Shown here piece after piece: positions 13,775 to 26,084 of a DNA stretch of 64,000 nt; the stretch's first letter is position 1; every line of letters starts with the position of its first letter. The stretch spans positions 216,506,001-216,570,000 of the forward strand of contig NC_086097.1 of assembly GCF_963921235.1 (NCBI RefSeq). Direction: 5' to 3'. This DNA is from Mobula hypostoma (Eukaryota). Position numbers and translations under genes: made by a program. The notes below the pieces were generated by a model that was given only the letters and a program-made list of their open reading frames with translations, ran no database searches and was not told the origin of the DNA.

Positions 13775-14190
13775 CATTGAAACCTACCGAATGTTGAAAT
13801 GTTGAATTAAAAAACCTACCGTACGTCGAAAGGACTAGATAGGGTGGATGTGGAAAGGATGTTTCCTACAGTGGGGGTATCCAGAACTAGAGGGCACAGC
13901 CTCAAAATTGAGGGGACTACCCTTTAGAATAGAGGTAAGGAGGAATTTTTTTAGTCAAGGAGTAGTAAATCTGTGGAATGCTCTGCCACAGACTGCGGTG
14001 CAGGGGACAAGTCCAAGTGTACATTTAGGGTGGAATTTGATAGTTTCCTTATCACTCAGGGCATCAAAGGATATGGCGAGAAGGCAGGTGTGTGGGGATG
14101 AATGGGATCCAGGATCAGCCATGATGGAATGGCAGAGCAGACTCGACGGGCTGAATGGCCTAATTCTCCTCCTGTGTGTTAATCTTATGG
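13775..14190 (+). mobile_element. CR1 LINE 3' fragment
   Basis: FRIEVRRNFFSQGVVNLWNALP and the CR1 3' UTR gggctgaatggcctaattct. Confidence 0.85.
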
Positions 14191-14728
14191 TAAAAAGACA
14201 GATGTCTTTCATTTTTAAAGTACTAGAGTATTAACTGACCAAGAAAATGCTGTGTAGTAAACAAAAGAAACAGGCCAATTATCGGTAGTGGGGAAGGTGA
14301 TGTCATGATTAGGACAAAATATATTATCACTTAAAGAATAATTGACTTGTTCAAATTAAGTAGTATACATTTTTCCTCAATTGAACAAAACCATTTTGAG
14401 TTGGTGACATTTTGCATATGGGCTTTCAGAAGATATTTGATAAGTCTGTCAGCAAAATTGCAGTCTACGTGCCTACTGATACCTAGGTCATAATTTATAT
14501 AAGGTGTCCTTGCTTTTGTGTTGTTTGCTTAATTAAAAACTCAACTATCCCAGTCCTATTTTTAAACCTTGCATCCTTCAATGATTTATGAACTCTCCAA
14601 GATTACTGTTAAAAAAAATGTTGTGAATAAGTCATCCAGCAACTGCAAAAGGAGGTGAGTTTAAGGTAGATAGATTTGCCAGTGAATACTTTTGAACATG
14701 AACATTAATGAGATGGATTGTTACTTAC

Positions 14729-14890
14729 CAATAGTGCAGAATAAACAACTTGTGGATTTGAGTGATCCAAGAATAGGATCAACCCAGGCAGACATCCCTG
14801 ATCCTGCACAATCGCTCGCCTGTTCAACGGGTCAGATGCTAAATCTTGCAGCTGGTTTACAACTGATAGCGCATCAGGCTCCCCACTCAT
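14729..14890 (-). CDS. ARMC1: ARMC1 first coding exon (exon ~14923-14729; ATG at 14890)
   Basis: Translates [54 protein letters not shown], matching the ARMC1 N-terminus. Donor TTG|gtaagt at 14728; acceptor ttttacag at 14924. Confidence 0.95.
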
Positions 14891-15580
14891 TATGCCACCA
14901 TCCACTATGCCATACGTACTGCACTGTAAAATGCATAGTAAAATTAAATATCCTTCAAGACTATGGATTCAATGAGACAGTATTTAAATAATTTATTTAA
15001 ACCCTTCCAAGACTAAATGCGCATAAGCCTTAATATAGGAAATATTGATTGCACATGATGCAGAAGTTTGCGTACATTTTAGATAATGCAATATTGGATG
15101 TAATGAAAACTGGTATTTTAACCAAATGTAGACACAATTATACACAACACAAAGGAACAAGATCACTACTGCTGAAAACACCAATGTTGAAAACAAGCCA
15201 TCAATTGTAGTACTAAGAAATCCCAAGTGACAGTATGGTTTGAAAAAAAAAGCTCAAGCACCATAGGTCATAATTGAAATAAAACACAATTAATCAGAGG
15301 CAAATCTCATCCTTGTGCAGCAGAATTCATTCTCACTTTCATATCCTTCCTTTGCATAACTTTACTCCATTTTTAACTTCTTCCTACTCCAAAGGCATGT
15401 TATCAACTCTACCTTCTTGTAGAGACAAAATAATTCCACAGTGTTACTTCTTGCTGCCTCGGTCCTAAGCTCTCCAACTACTTCTCAAGACCTCACCAGC
15501 TCTCCTCACACAACTTAAAACCTTGTTTTTAATCAAGCTCTTGCCTATTTCTTCTTGGAGCACCTTTGAATGAATCACTG

Positions 15581-17441
15581 TCTGTATCTTGTTTTACGGC
15601 GGTTGGCATCCAGCTTAATGGTGCATTACCGCTACCCTCTGCTCCAGAATGTGCACTAGACATACATTCTAAATCCCCTCACCCAATCGCACACACGCAT
15701 ATATACAAACCTACACTTCACCCTCCCATCTTTGACCATCCTAGTATCCTATTCCTGTTTATTCGTCATATTCTATAAAAAAAACCCTTGTACCCCTTAA
15801 AAACACTAAAAATACCCGGACTTGTGCTCTCTTACCCATGCCCAGCAACCCTTTTAATGTGAATTCCTGCATCCCCAACTCCCTTAATTTATTTCTCATC
15901 ATCTCTCTCTGTATCCCATACTTCCTGCAACTCAGAACTATATGTTCTACTGACTCCTCTTCCTGACATTCCTCACACAATCCTGTCTGGTGTTTCCCTA
16001 TCATTTTCAATGTTTTGTTTAATGCACAATGCCCCAGCCTTAACCTAGTCCACACAATTTCCTCTCTTCTGTTTCCATTACCTACCCTAGTAACTGCAAC
16101 ACTCTTTTGTATTTGATATAAATGCCTCCCTTTCCCCTCCCTGTCCCATCTTTCTTGCCACATTCGGTTGGCTTTTTCCCAGATTACACACTTAACCTCT
16201 GCTTTACTGATACTAATGTGCATTTCCACATTTTCTTTCTTTAACACCCTCTTTGCCAACTCATCCACCCTCTCATTCCCCTTCACCCCTACATGTGCTG
16301 GAACCCATAGAAATTTTACCTGACCTCCCTGATTTGCAATTCTTGTAACTAACTGAAGGACTTCATAAAGTACATCTTGCCGACTGTTTGTGTGAAAAGA
16401 CCTTAAACTTGCTAGAACAAGATGAATCTGAACATATCAATGCTTTGGCTTGTCTGGCTTTCTGCACCCATTGCAACGCAACCAACACTGCCAGCATCTC
16501 CACTGTAAACACCCCTAACTTATTAGATGTTCTTCTGCTGATTCCAATTTCTTTTGCTGGTATTACCACCCCAAACCCTGTCACTCCTGTTTCAGGTTCC
16601 TTCGCACCATCCGTATAAATGTGAGTATAACCACTATACTTTTCCATCACATGACAGTTAAATGCATTTACCAAATCTGTTTTATATCTTTCTTTCCTTT
16701 TTACCTCTAACAAATGCCAGTCTATGTCAGGCCATACAAGCTTCCATGGAGCTACAACCGGATAAACTACTGAAGGACTTATCCTCAGATCAAACACTCC
16801 ACATTCTTTCGCGATATCATTCCCTACCCGACTAAAGGTATCCCTCTGAAACCTCCCATTTTCCCAGCACTCCTGCAACACGCCTTTAGTAGGGTGAGAA
16901 TCATTGTGCCCCTGCAAGCTAGCCCAGTAGTTTGCCATCAGTTGCATCCTTCTTAGTTCCAAAGGCATTATTCCCATTCCTACCTGTAGTGCTGACACTG
17001 GTGACGTTTTAAAAGCCCCACTGCACACTCTCAAGGCCTGAGCCTGAATCACATCCAGTTTCCTTATAAGAGACCTAGCTGCTGATCCATATACTATATT
17101 TCCATAATCCAATACAGATCTTACTAAAGCCACATACATTCTCTTCAAAGCTGAACAACTTGCTCCCTATTCCCTACCAGTCAAACATCTCATCACATTT
17201 ATTACTTTTTACATTTCTCCTCAACTTTCCTGATATGGTCTGCCCATGTTAATCGTGAATCAAATATAACTCCCAGAAATTTAAATAATGCAACCCTTTC
17301 TAATTCAACCCCATACATCCTTAACTTCTTCCCTACCTCAACCCTTTTCCTGGTAAAAAATACAGTTTGAGTTTTATCTACTGAAAATCTACATGCCCAA
17401 TCATAACCCCACTCCACCACTTCATCAATTGCTTCTTGTAG
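15581..17441 (-). mobile_element. 5'-truncated I-group (Nimb-like) non-LTR retrotransposon with RT C-terminus, RNase H and Cys-His motif
   Basis: ALVRSVLDYG (RT thumb); IYTDGAK...EMLAV...SDS...WVPAHVGVKGNERVDELAK (RNase H); RLRLGH..CEEC..ESVEHI..C. Perfect 14-bp TSD tgaatgaatcactg at 15567-15580 and 17442-17455. Confidence 0.88.
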
Positions 17442-18008
17442 TGAATGAATCACTGCTTATTGTAGCTCATTTTAAAGACCATCGACATGCAATCCATGTG
17501 AACTGTCAATTACAAACTAAAAATCGCCTAAGATAGTTTCATTTACTAATTTATTTGTTACGCACATCTTCAGTGGGATTCTCCAGAAAAAAAATGGGTT
17601 TTGCGATGGGGGGGGCCATGCCTATCACGTGATATTGCGGGAAAGAGTTTATTCAGGAGATACTCAAAAGGTGATACTTTCCAGCGATTTCTTGCCCATT
17701 TTATAATCATGTCATGTTACAAACGATCCAGATAACAAAGGCTTGATTTTTTTTAAACACATCACAGGTCAGAGTGTATACGGAATACGAAAATATGTCT
17801 TAAATCTGTAACAATTATAGTACTAACTTCCAGAATAAATTGAATACCAGTTAACCCATTCCTTTAACTAAATTAGAACTTAAAGCCTTAATTCAGATTG
17901 AGGAAGGCGCGAACCCATCCCAAACATCTTATGTTCAGCCCGAAGCCCGAAGCCCTTGGCCACAACTGAGTCCCTGTTTAACCTCCAGCAACCATGGCCT
18001 CCACGTAC

Positions 18009-18130
18009 CTTTAAAACTAAATACTTAAGTCTTCGATTACGTTAAGACGTGTGGTAATTGTTGATCGATTCGGCAGTGATCGACAAAGTACAAGCACCCT
18101 AATCGACAGTGAGTGGATGAATGATATGAA
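18009..18130 (-). other. ARMC1: Putative ARMC1 non-coding first exon (5' end approximate)
   Basis: Minus-strand donor AAG|GTACGT at 18008 within a CpG-enriched unique segment. The TSS cannot be determined from sequence. Confidence 0.5.
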
Positions 18131-18460
18131 ATTAATAACAGCTCCAATCCCTTCCAACGAACATCCACCGGCTCTGCCGCCCTGCCCAGCGCCCTCCACA
18201 CAACCCATTACAGGCGCCTCATTGGTTTATTTTCCCCCAAATAGTCACGAAAAGGAGCCAATTACGTATCATATTACTGCCGTAGGCTAGTCCTTTCTGT
18301 AAAATTAAAGAACTTCTGTGTTTTTTTAAATTATAAGGATTATAGTTATTTAAGTAACTGATTTTAAAACATGGATTTTGAAAAAGGTATTGAATATATT
18401 TTGGCCGTAAGAAACGCTGAAACTGGTGGGTTCGCTGCGCATGCGCTGATGTTGCTGGTT
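18130..18460. promoter_or_regulatory. Putative bidirectional ARMC1/MTFR1 promoter
   Basis: CpG-enriched. CCAAT at 18144 and 18258, ATTGG at 18221, GC-box-like ccgccctgccc at ~18177, NRF1-type TGCGCATGCGC at 18436-18446. Flanked by oppositely oriented splice donors. Confidence 0.65.
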
Positions 18461-18548
18461 CGCGCGGCATTGATAGTGGCGGCATGTTTGGATGTTTTAG
18501 CCGGTTATCCGCGAAAGACAGTCGAGTTATTCATTCCTCTCTTCCAAA
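18460..18548 (+). other. MTFR1: Putative MTFR1 non-coding first exon (5' end approximate)
   Basis: Donor AAA|GTGAGT at 18549, just downstream of the NRF1 motif in CpG-rich sequence. Confidence 0.5.
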
Positions 18549-19214
18549 GTGAGTCCTATTACAACACGACAGAATGCTTGCTAATGTTATAAACAAATTG
18601 GTGGAGAGTCTCAGCGGGTCAGGCAATATCTGCGGAGAGAAGTGGATAGTCCACGTTTCTGGTCCAGATCCTTCTCCTGGGGTTGGATGCTATCTGGTGC
18701 CTAGCTCAGTACCCATTTCGGGACCCCTAGTCCTCGACCTTAGGGTCCGGGCCCTCTTGAGGGTTTGCAAGAGGCCTAGATCTTCCTTAATTGGCTATCA
18801 AGTTAGCTTTAGTTCGGTACATTATCTCTAAGCAGGCAGTCCAGAGAATCGACTGGATGATTCATTCATTGTAGTTAATATTACACATTTTGTTCCTCAA
18901 GGATTAGAAACAAAAACAGAGACCCAGTTGTGGCTGAATGTATTACATGGTATAGCTCGACGTACGGCAAGATTAAATTGATAAAATGGGTGATCTAAAT
19001 ATTTAGTGGCTCAGGAGTTCGTCAGTCTTTATTAAAATTACTGGCGTTTACTGTAAGGTTTCGAAAGGCTTGTGTATTTTCAGGTGGCTTATCTAATGTT
19101 GAAATTTGAATTCCAGATGATTTCGGTAAGTATTACTGTGCACTGTTAATGACAACACACTCACTTCTGAATCCTAATCAAGGGTCTCGGCTGGAAACGT
19201 CGAATATTCAGTTA

Positions 19215-19700
19215 GGCTTCTTAATCATTGACTTATGTCGTGAAATTTGCTGTTTTTAGGCAGTACAGTGCAATACATTAACTATGCTGTATGTGGCATA
19301 TGTTTAAAAATGTGTAGAAACGAAGATAGTGAGGTAAAGTTCGTGGATTCATTGTTCAGAAATCTGACGGTGGAAGGAGAAAAGCTGTTCTTAAAATGTG
19401 GAACGTGTGGCTCTGCACCTCCTATCTGATGGTGATAATGAGAAAAGGGTATTTCCGGGGTGATGGGGGTCCTCAATGATGGATGCCACCTTTTTGTGGT
19501 ATAGCTTTATAAGATGTCCTTGATGGTGAGGAGGCTTGTGTTCAGAATAGAGCTGACTGAGTTTCCAACCTCTGCCCCCTTTTTTTTTTGATTCTGTGCA
19601 GTGGCCCCTCCATAACAGATGGTGATGCAGTTAGAAAGCTCTCATGTTACCTTTGTAGCAATTTGGCTTTGGTGACATACCAAATCTCCTCAAACTCTTA
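19215..19700 (-). mobile_element. Rex1/Babar LINE 3' fragment
   Basis: HFKNSFSPSTVRFLN and homology to the other Rex1 3' ends. Confidence 0.7.
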
Positions 19701-19924
19701 ATCATGGAGATGTTTGCAAAGCTTCCAAATCTTTTTATAGAAGTGTGTTAATTAATTGTAAGATTAAAGTCAGTAATTTTATTTTACTCTGATTATTTTG
19801 TAATTAATAAGTATATTTTATTAAGGCTCAAATGTGCAACATGCTCTTCTGAATTGATAATGTCCAGAGAACTCAAGTGCCAAGTGATAGTTCAAACAAG
19901 TGTTTATAATATACACTTGTGGAA

Positions 19925-22900
19925 AGTGGCCAGTGAGTGAGTGGGCCAGTGAAGGAGTGGAGCTTTGAGGCTTTGACTCTAGAGATTCTGGCAACTTTGG
20001 CAATTGGACTGCAATCAAGATTTGAATAGCTCAGACTCAGCAGAAAGCAGCTGATTGGGCAATCGAGGTCAGGTGACCAGGCAGTTTGAAAAGCTCAAAC
20101 AAATAAATAGAGGGGAAGCCCAAGCGGAGCAGCTTGTGAGAGAGTGGGCCAGTGAAGGAGTGGAGCTTTGAGGCTTTGACTCGAGAGGCTTCGATGAGAA
20201 GAGGCAGAGGATGAGCTTGTTCCCAGTTTTTACAATGCGTCCTGAGACGGTGATGTGCCTCTCATGTGAGATGTGGCAGTCGTGGGGGAACTCCCCTCTC
20301 CCGCAGAGTCACATCTGCCAGAAGTGCATACGGCTGGGCGATCTGGAAGACCATATTAGGAATCTGGAGCAGCAGCTGGATGACCTTCGACTTGTAAGGG
20401 AGAATGAGCTGGTCATAGATGAGAGCTACAGGGAGGTGGTCACACCTAGGCTGCCAGAAGCAGATCATTGGGTGACAGTCAGAGGGAGGGAAAGCAAAGG
20501 TGAGCAGACAGGTAGTGCAGAGCACCCCTGTAGCCATTCCCCTGAATAATAAGTTTACCGTCCTGGATACTGTTGGCGGGGACGACCAGCCAGGTGTGAG
20601 CCACGGTGGCAGGGCCTCTGGCACTGAGTCTGACCCTGTGGTGCTGAAGGGTGGGACAGAGAAGGGGAGAGCTGTCGTCATTGGAGACTCTATAGTCAGG
20701 GGAGCAGACAGGAGATTTTGTGGACGTGAGAAGGACACCTGCATGGTTTATTGCCTCTCAGGTGCCAGGGTCCGGGATGTCTCTGATCGGGTGCACGACA
20801 TTCTGGTACGAGAGGGAAAGCAACCAGAAGTCATGATACATGTTGGTACCAGCAACATAGGCAGGAAGAGGGATGAGGTCCTGAAGTGTGAGTTTCGGGA
20901 ACTAGGCAGAAGGCTGAAGAACAGGACCTCAAGGGTGGCATTCTCAGGATTGCTGCCAGTGTTACGTGACAGTGATTGTAAGATTTGGAGGAGATGACAG
21001 TAGAATGCGTGGCTGAGGAGTTGGTGCAGGGGGCAGGGTTTTAGATTTTTGGATCATTGGGATCTCTTCTGGGGAAGGTGGGACCTGTACAGATTGGATG
21101 GGTTGCACCTGAACTCAAGGGGGAGCAATATCCTTGCAGGTATGTTTGTGAGTATGGTTTGGGAGGGTTTAAACTAATTTGCAAGGGGGATGGGACCTAG
21201 AGCGATAGAGCAGTGAAAGAAGTGCATGGAGTATAGCCAGATCTAACATACAGAGAGGCTTTGAGGAAAGAGAAGCAGAATAAATGGTGTAAAGACAGTA
21301 AGGTAGAAGGGCTAAAGTGCATGTACTTCAATGCAAAAAGCACCAGAAACAAAGGTGATGAACTGAGAGCTTGGATACGTACATGGAATTATGATGTAGT
21401 GGCCATTACAGATATTCCTGGATTTCAGTGCTTTAAAAGTGATGGAGGGGCGGGGGAAGGGGGGGAGGGGTGGCATTACTGGTCAGGGATACCATTACAG
21501 CTACAGAAAGGGTGAGTAATGTAGCAGGATAATCTTTTGAGTCAGTATGGGTGGAGTCAGGAACAGGAAGGGAGCGGTTACTCTATTGGGGGTATTCTGT
21601 AGGCCCCCTGGTAGCAGCAGAGATACCGAGGAGCAGATTGGGAGGCAGATTTTGGAAAGGTGCAAAAATAACAGGGTGGTTTTCATGGGTGACTTTAACT
21701 TACCTAATATTGATTGGCACCTGATTAGTTCCAAGGGTTTAAGATGGGGCAGAGTTTGTTAGTGTGTCCAGGACGGACTCCTGTTACTGTATGTTGACAG
21801 GCCGACTAGGGGGAATGCCATACTAGATCTAGCATTGGATAACGAACCAGGTCAGGTCACAGATCTCTCAGTAGGTGAGCATCTGGGGGACAGTGACCAC
21901 CGCTCCCTGGCCTTCAGCATTATCATGGAAAAGGATAGAATCAGAGAGGACAGGAAAATTTTTAATTGGGGAAGGGCAAATTATGAGGTTATAAGGCTAG
22001 AATTTGCAGTTGTGAATTGGGATGATATTTTTGCAGGGAAATGTACTATGGACATGTGGTTGATGTTTAGAGATCTCTTGCAGGATGTTAGGGATAAATT
22101 TGTCCCAGTGAGGAAGATAAAGAATGGTAGGGTGAAGGAACCATGGGTGACAAGGTGGAAAATCTAGTCAGGTGGAAGAAGGCAGCATACATGAGGTTTA
22201 GGAAGCAAGGATCAGATGGGTCTATTGAGGAATATAGGGAAGCATAAAAGGAGCTTAAGATGGGGTTGAGAGAACCAAGAAGGGGGCATGAGAAGGCCTT
22301 GGCGAGTAGGGTAAGGGAAAAGCCCAAGTCATTCTTAAATTATGTGAAGAACAAAAGGCTGACAGGAGTGAAGGTAGGACCGATTAGAGATAAAGGTGGG
22401 AAGATGTGCCTGGAGGCTGTGGAAGTGAACGAGATCCTCAGTGAATACTTCTCTTCTGTATTCACCAATGAGAGGGAACTTGATGACGGTGAGGACAATA
22501 TGAGTGAGGTTGATGTTCTGGAGCATGTTGGTATTAAGGGAGAGGCAATGTTGGAGTTGTTAAAATACATTAGGGCGGACAAGTCCCCAGGGTCTGACGG
22601 AATATTCCCCAGGCTGCTCCATGAGTTGAGGGAAGAGATTGCTGAGCTTCTGGCTAGGATCTTTATGTCCTCGTTGTCCGCAGGAATGGTACCGGAGGAT
22701 TGGAGCGAGGCGAATGTTGTCCCTTTGTTCAAAAAAGGTAGTAGGGATGGTCCGGGTAATTATAGACCAGTGAGCCTTACATCTGTGGTGGGAAAGCTGT
22801 TGGAAAAGATTCTTAGAGATAGGATCTATGGCATTTAGAGAATCATGGTCTGATCAGGGTCAGCATGGCTTTGTGAAGGGCAGATCATATCTAACAAGCC

Positions 22901-24118
22901 TGATAGAGTTCTTTGAGGAGGTGACCAGGCATGTAGATGAGGGTAGTGCAGTGGATGTGATCTATATGGATTTTAGTAAGGCATTTGACAAGGTTCCACA
23001 CCGTAGGCTTGTTCAGAAAGTCAGAAGGCATGGTATCCAGGGAAGTTTGGCCAGGTGTATTCAGAATTGGTTTGCCTGCAGAAGACAGAGGGCGGTGGTG
23101 GAGGGAGTACATTTGGAATGGAGGGTTGTGACTAGTGGTGTCCCATAAGGATTGGTTCTGGGACCTCTACTTTTCATGATTTTTATTAACAACCTGGATG
23201 TGGGGGTAAAAGGGTGGGTTGGCAAGTTTGCAGACGACACAAAGGTTGGTGGTGTTGTAGATAGTGTAGAGGATTGTCGAAGATTGCAGAGAGACATTGA
23301 TAGGTTGCAGAAGTGGGTTGGAAAGTGGCAGATGGAGTTCAACCCGGAGAAATGTGAGGTGGTACACTTTGGAAGGACAAACTCCAAGACAGAGTACAAA
23401 GTAAATGGCAGGATACTTGGTGGTGTGGAGGAGCAGAGGGATCTGGGGGTACATGTCCACAGATCCCTGAAAGTTGCCTCAGAAGTAGACAGGGTAGTTA
23501 AGAAAGCTTATGGGGTGTTAGCTTTCATACGTCGAGGGATAGAGTTTAACAGTCGCAAGGTAATGATGCAGCTCTATAAAACTCTGGTTAAGCCACACTT
23601 GGAGTACTCTGTCCATTTCTGGTCACCTCACTATAGGAAGGATGTGGAAGCATTGGAAAGGGTACAGAGGAGATTTACCAGAATGCTGCCTGGTTTAGAG
23701 AGTATGCATTGTGATGAGATTAAGGGAGCTAGGGCTTTACTCTTTGGAGAGAAGGAGGATGAGAGGAGACATGATAGAGGTGTACAAGATAATAAGAGGA
23801 ATAGATAGAGTGGATAGCCAATGCCTCTTCCCCAGGGCACCACTGCTCAATACAAGAGGACATGGCTTTAAGGTAAGGGGTGGGAAGTTCAAGGGGGATA
23901 TTAGAGGAAGGTTTTTTACTCAGAGAGTGGTTAGTGCATTGAATGCACTGCCTGAGTCAGTGGTGAAGGCAGATACACTAGTGAAGTTTAAGAGACTACT
24001 AGACAGGTATATGGAGGAACTTAAGGTGGGGGGTTATATGGGAGGCAGGGTTTGAGGGTTGGTACAACATTGTGGGCCGAAGGGCCTGTACTGTGCTGTA
24101 CTATTCTATACTCTATAT
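19925..24118 (+). mobile_element. Near full-length CR1 LINE, copy A (disabled)
   Basis: ORF1 has a CxxC..CxxC finger and SGNH esterase (VIGDSIVR, IHVGT). ORF2 has an APE endonuclease (MGDFNLPNIDW) and RT (YMDFSKAFDKV, KFADDTK). Multiple stops and frameshifts; ctattctat tail. Confidence 0.95.
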
Positions 24119-24699
24119 ACTTTTTGTTTATATCACACACTTAAAGGTATGTGCCGTTGTCTGATCGGACTTTCAATAGTTTTTAGTCGATCTGCACTTG
24201 TGCTGTTACTGTTTTTACACACATTTGTAACTAGTTGATTCCATAAGTAAACCAGAACAGGGATAATTATGACTACTGCAGAATTTTAACAGGTACAAAT
24301 GCATGAAGGTGAACTTGGTATTGGGAAATTATGAAATATTTATGTGAAGTAACTAACACTAAAGTTATCCACCTGTGCAGATTGAGCTTGGGTAGACTTT
24401 TATGGTGCAGAATTTGAGAATGTTGTTTCTGTATGCTGCTTTTGTACTGAGCTGCACGTTGCATTTAATTTGAATGGTCAGAGTGTAATACTAATTCTAA
24501 TTGTAATAAAGTACTTTTTAAAGTAGAGTATCAAATCATAAACACAAGAAACTCTACAAATGCTGGAAATCCAAAGCAACACAGACAAAATGTTAGAGGA
24601 ACTCAGCAGTTTATTGATCAGAGTTTATTGAATTATTTTCAACTTGTATTTTGCACTTGCAACGGAGTGACATAAGTACAGCACTTCTATTCCTTTTAT

Positions 24700-25092
24700 A
24701 GTCACAGTCATACTTTATTGATCCTGGGGGAAATTGGTTTTAGTTACAGTTGCACTATAAATTAAATAATAATAAAACCATAAATAATTAAATAGTAATA
24801 TGTAAATTACGCCAGGAAATAAGTCCAGGACCAGCCTATTGGCTCAGGGTGTCTGACCCTCCAAGGGAGGAGTTGTAAAGTTTGATGGCCACAGGCAGGA
24901 ATGACTTTCTATGATGCTCTGTGTTGCGTCTCGGTGGAATGAGTCTCTGGCTGAATGTACTTCTGTGCCCACCCAGTACATTATGTAGTGGATGGAAGAC
25001 ATTGTTCAAGGTGGCATGCAACTTGGACAGCATCCTCTTTTCAGACACCACCGTCAGAGAGTCCAGTTCCATCCCCACAACATCACTGGCCT
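24700..25092 (-). mobile_element. LINE 3' fragment (Rex/Babar- or L2-related family)
   Basis: KLHATLNNVFHPLH...FSQRLIPPRRNTEHHRKSFLPVAIKLYN. A related + strand relic lies at ~41130-41410. Confidence 0.7.
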
Positions 25093-25341
25093 GTCATTCA
25101 AAATTACACTGATTAGGAACAGGAAGGCTGCTATATGTAGCGTTTAATGTGTTGTTAATTAACTTTTCATATTGAACCATTTATTTGGTTGAAAATAGTG
25201 GTGAAGAATACAATGTTAGCAAATATATCATTGCCTATGAACGTTCGCCTGATTATATTCTTTCTTTCAGTTGAAATATGGGCTGCCTAAACTTTCCAGA
25301 TTCCTACATAATGTGGATTGCAAACTTGTGATGTAGCCCTG

Positions 25342-25407
25342 ATGTTTTTATTCCTGTTTGAAGTGATTAAGATGTTCTTGGAATATGCTGGAGTGGACAT
25401 GAATTCA
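25342..25407 (+). CDS. MTFR1: MTFR1 first coding exon (exon 25271-25407)
   Basis: Acceptor tttctttcag at 25270. ATG at 25342 gives MFLFLFEVIKMFLEYAGVDMNS|gtaagt (22 codons, as in the remembered MTFR1 N-terminus). Confidence 0.85.
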
Positions 25408-25593
25408 GTAAGTTGGTATATTCTCTTTATTTTGTAAGTGTTTCAAGCCAACATTGTATTACCTGATATATTGCTACATGTAGTCTCGAATGGATTTATG
25501 GTTCTTTCATTTCTTGGTAACTTTGTGGTCTTAAAGCAAGCTGCATGAAGATTTTCTGTATAATTTATCAGTAGTGTATTTTATTGAAATTGA

Positions 25594-25881
<288 letters not shown>

Positions 25882-26084
25882 TGAAAACAGATCTCTACAA
25901 AGTGGTGTAAATTAATTACAAATGTAAAACACAATAATTGATTGCATAAGTATTCACTCCCTTTAATACGACACATCAAATCATCACTGGCGCAGCCAAT
26001 TGGTTTTAGAAGTCACATTAGTAGTTAAACGAAGATCACCTGTGTTTCAATTGATTATAATAAATATATACCTGTACCTGGATC

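Noticed and set aside
14891..14905. ORF-track start MDGGI for ARMC1
   Set aside because: The codon at 14905 is GTG. The first in-frame ATG is at 14890.
18051..18831. Short ORFs across the promoter region
   Set aside because: No recognisable homology and mostly non-ATG starts; best explained as chance ORFs in GC-richer DNA.
19171..19205. Additional hammerhead motifs (also ~4710, ~18650, ~38040, ~40595, 54229)
   Set aside because: Core boxes are mutated or truncated (e.g. cctaatcaag instead of cctgacgaag), so these are only degenerate pLTR relics.
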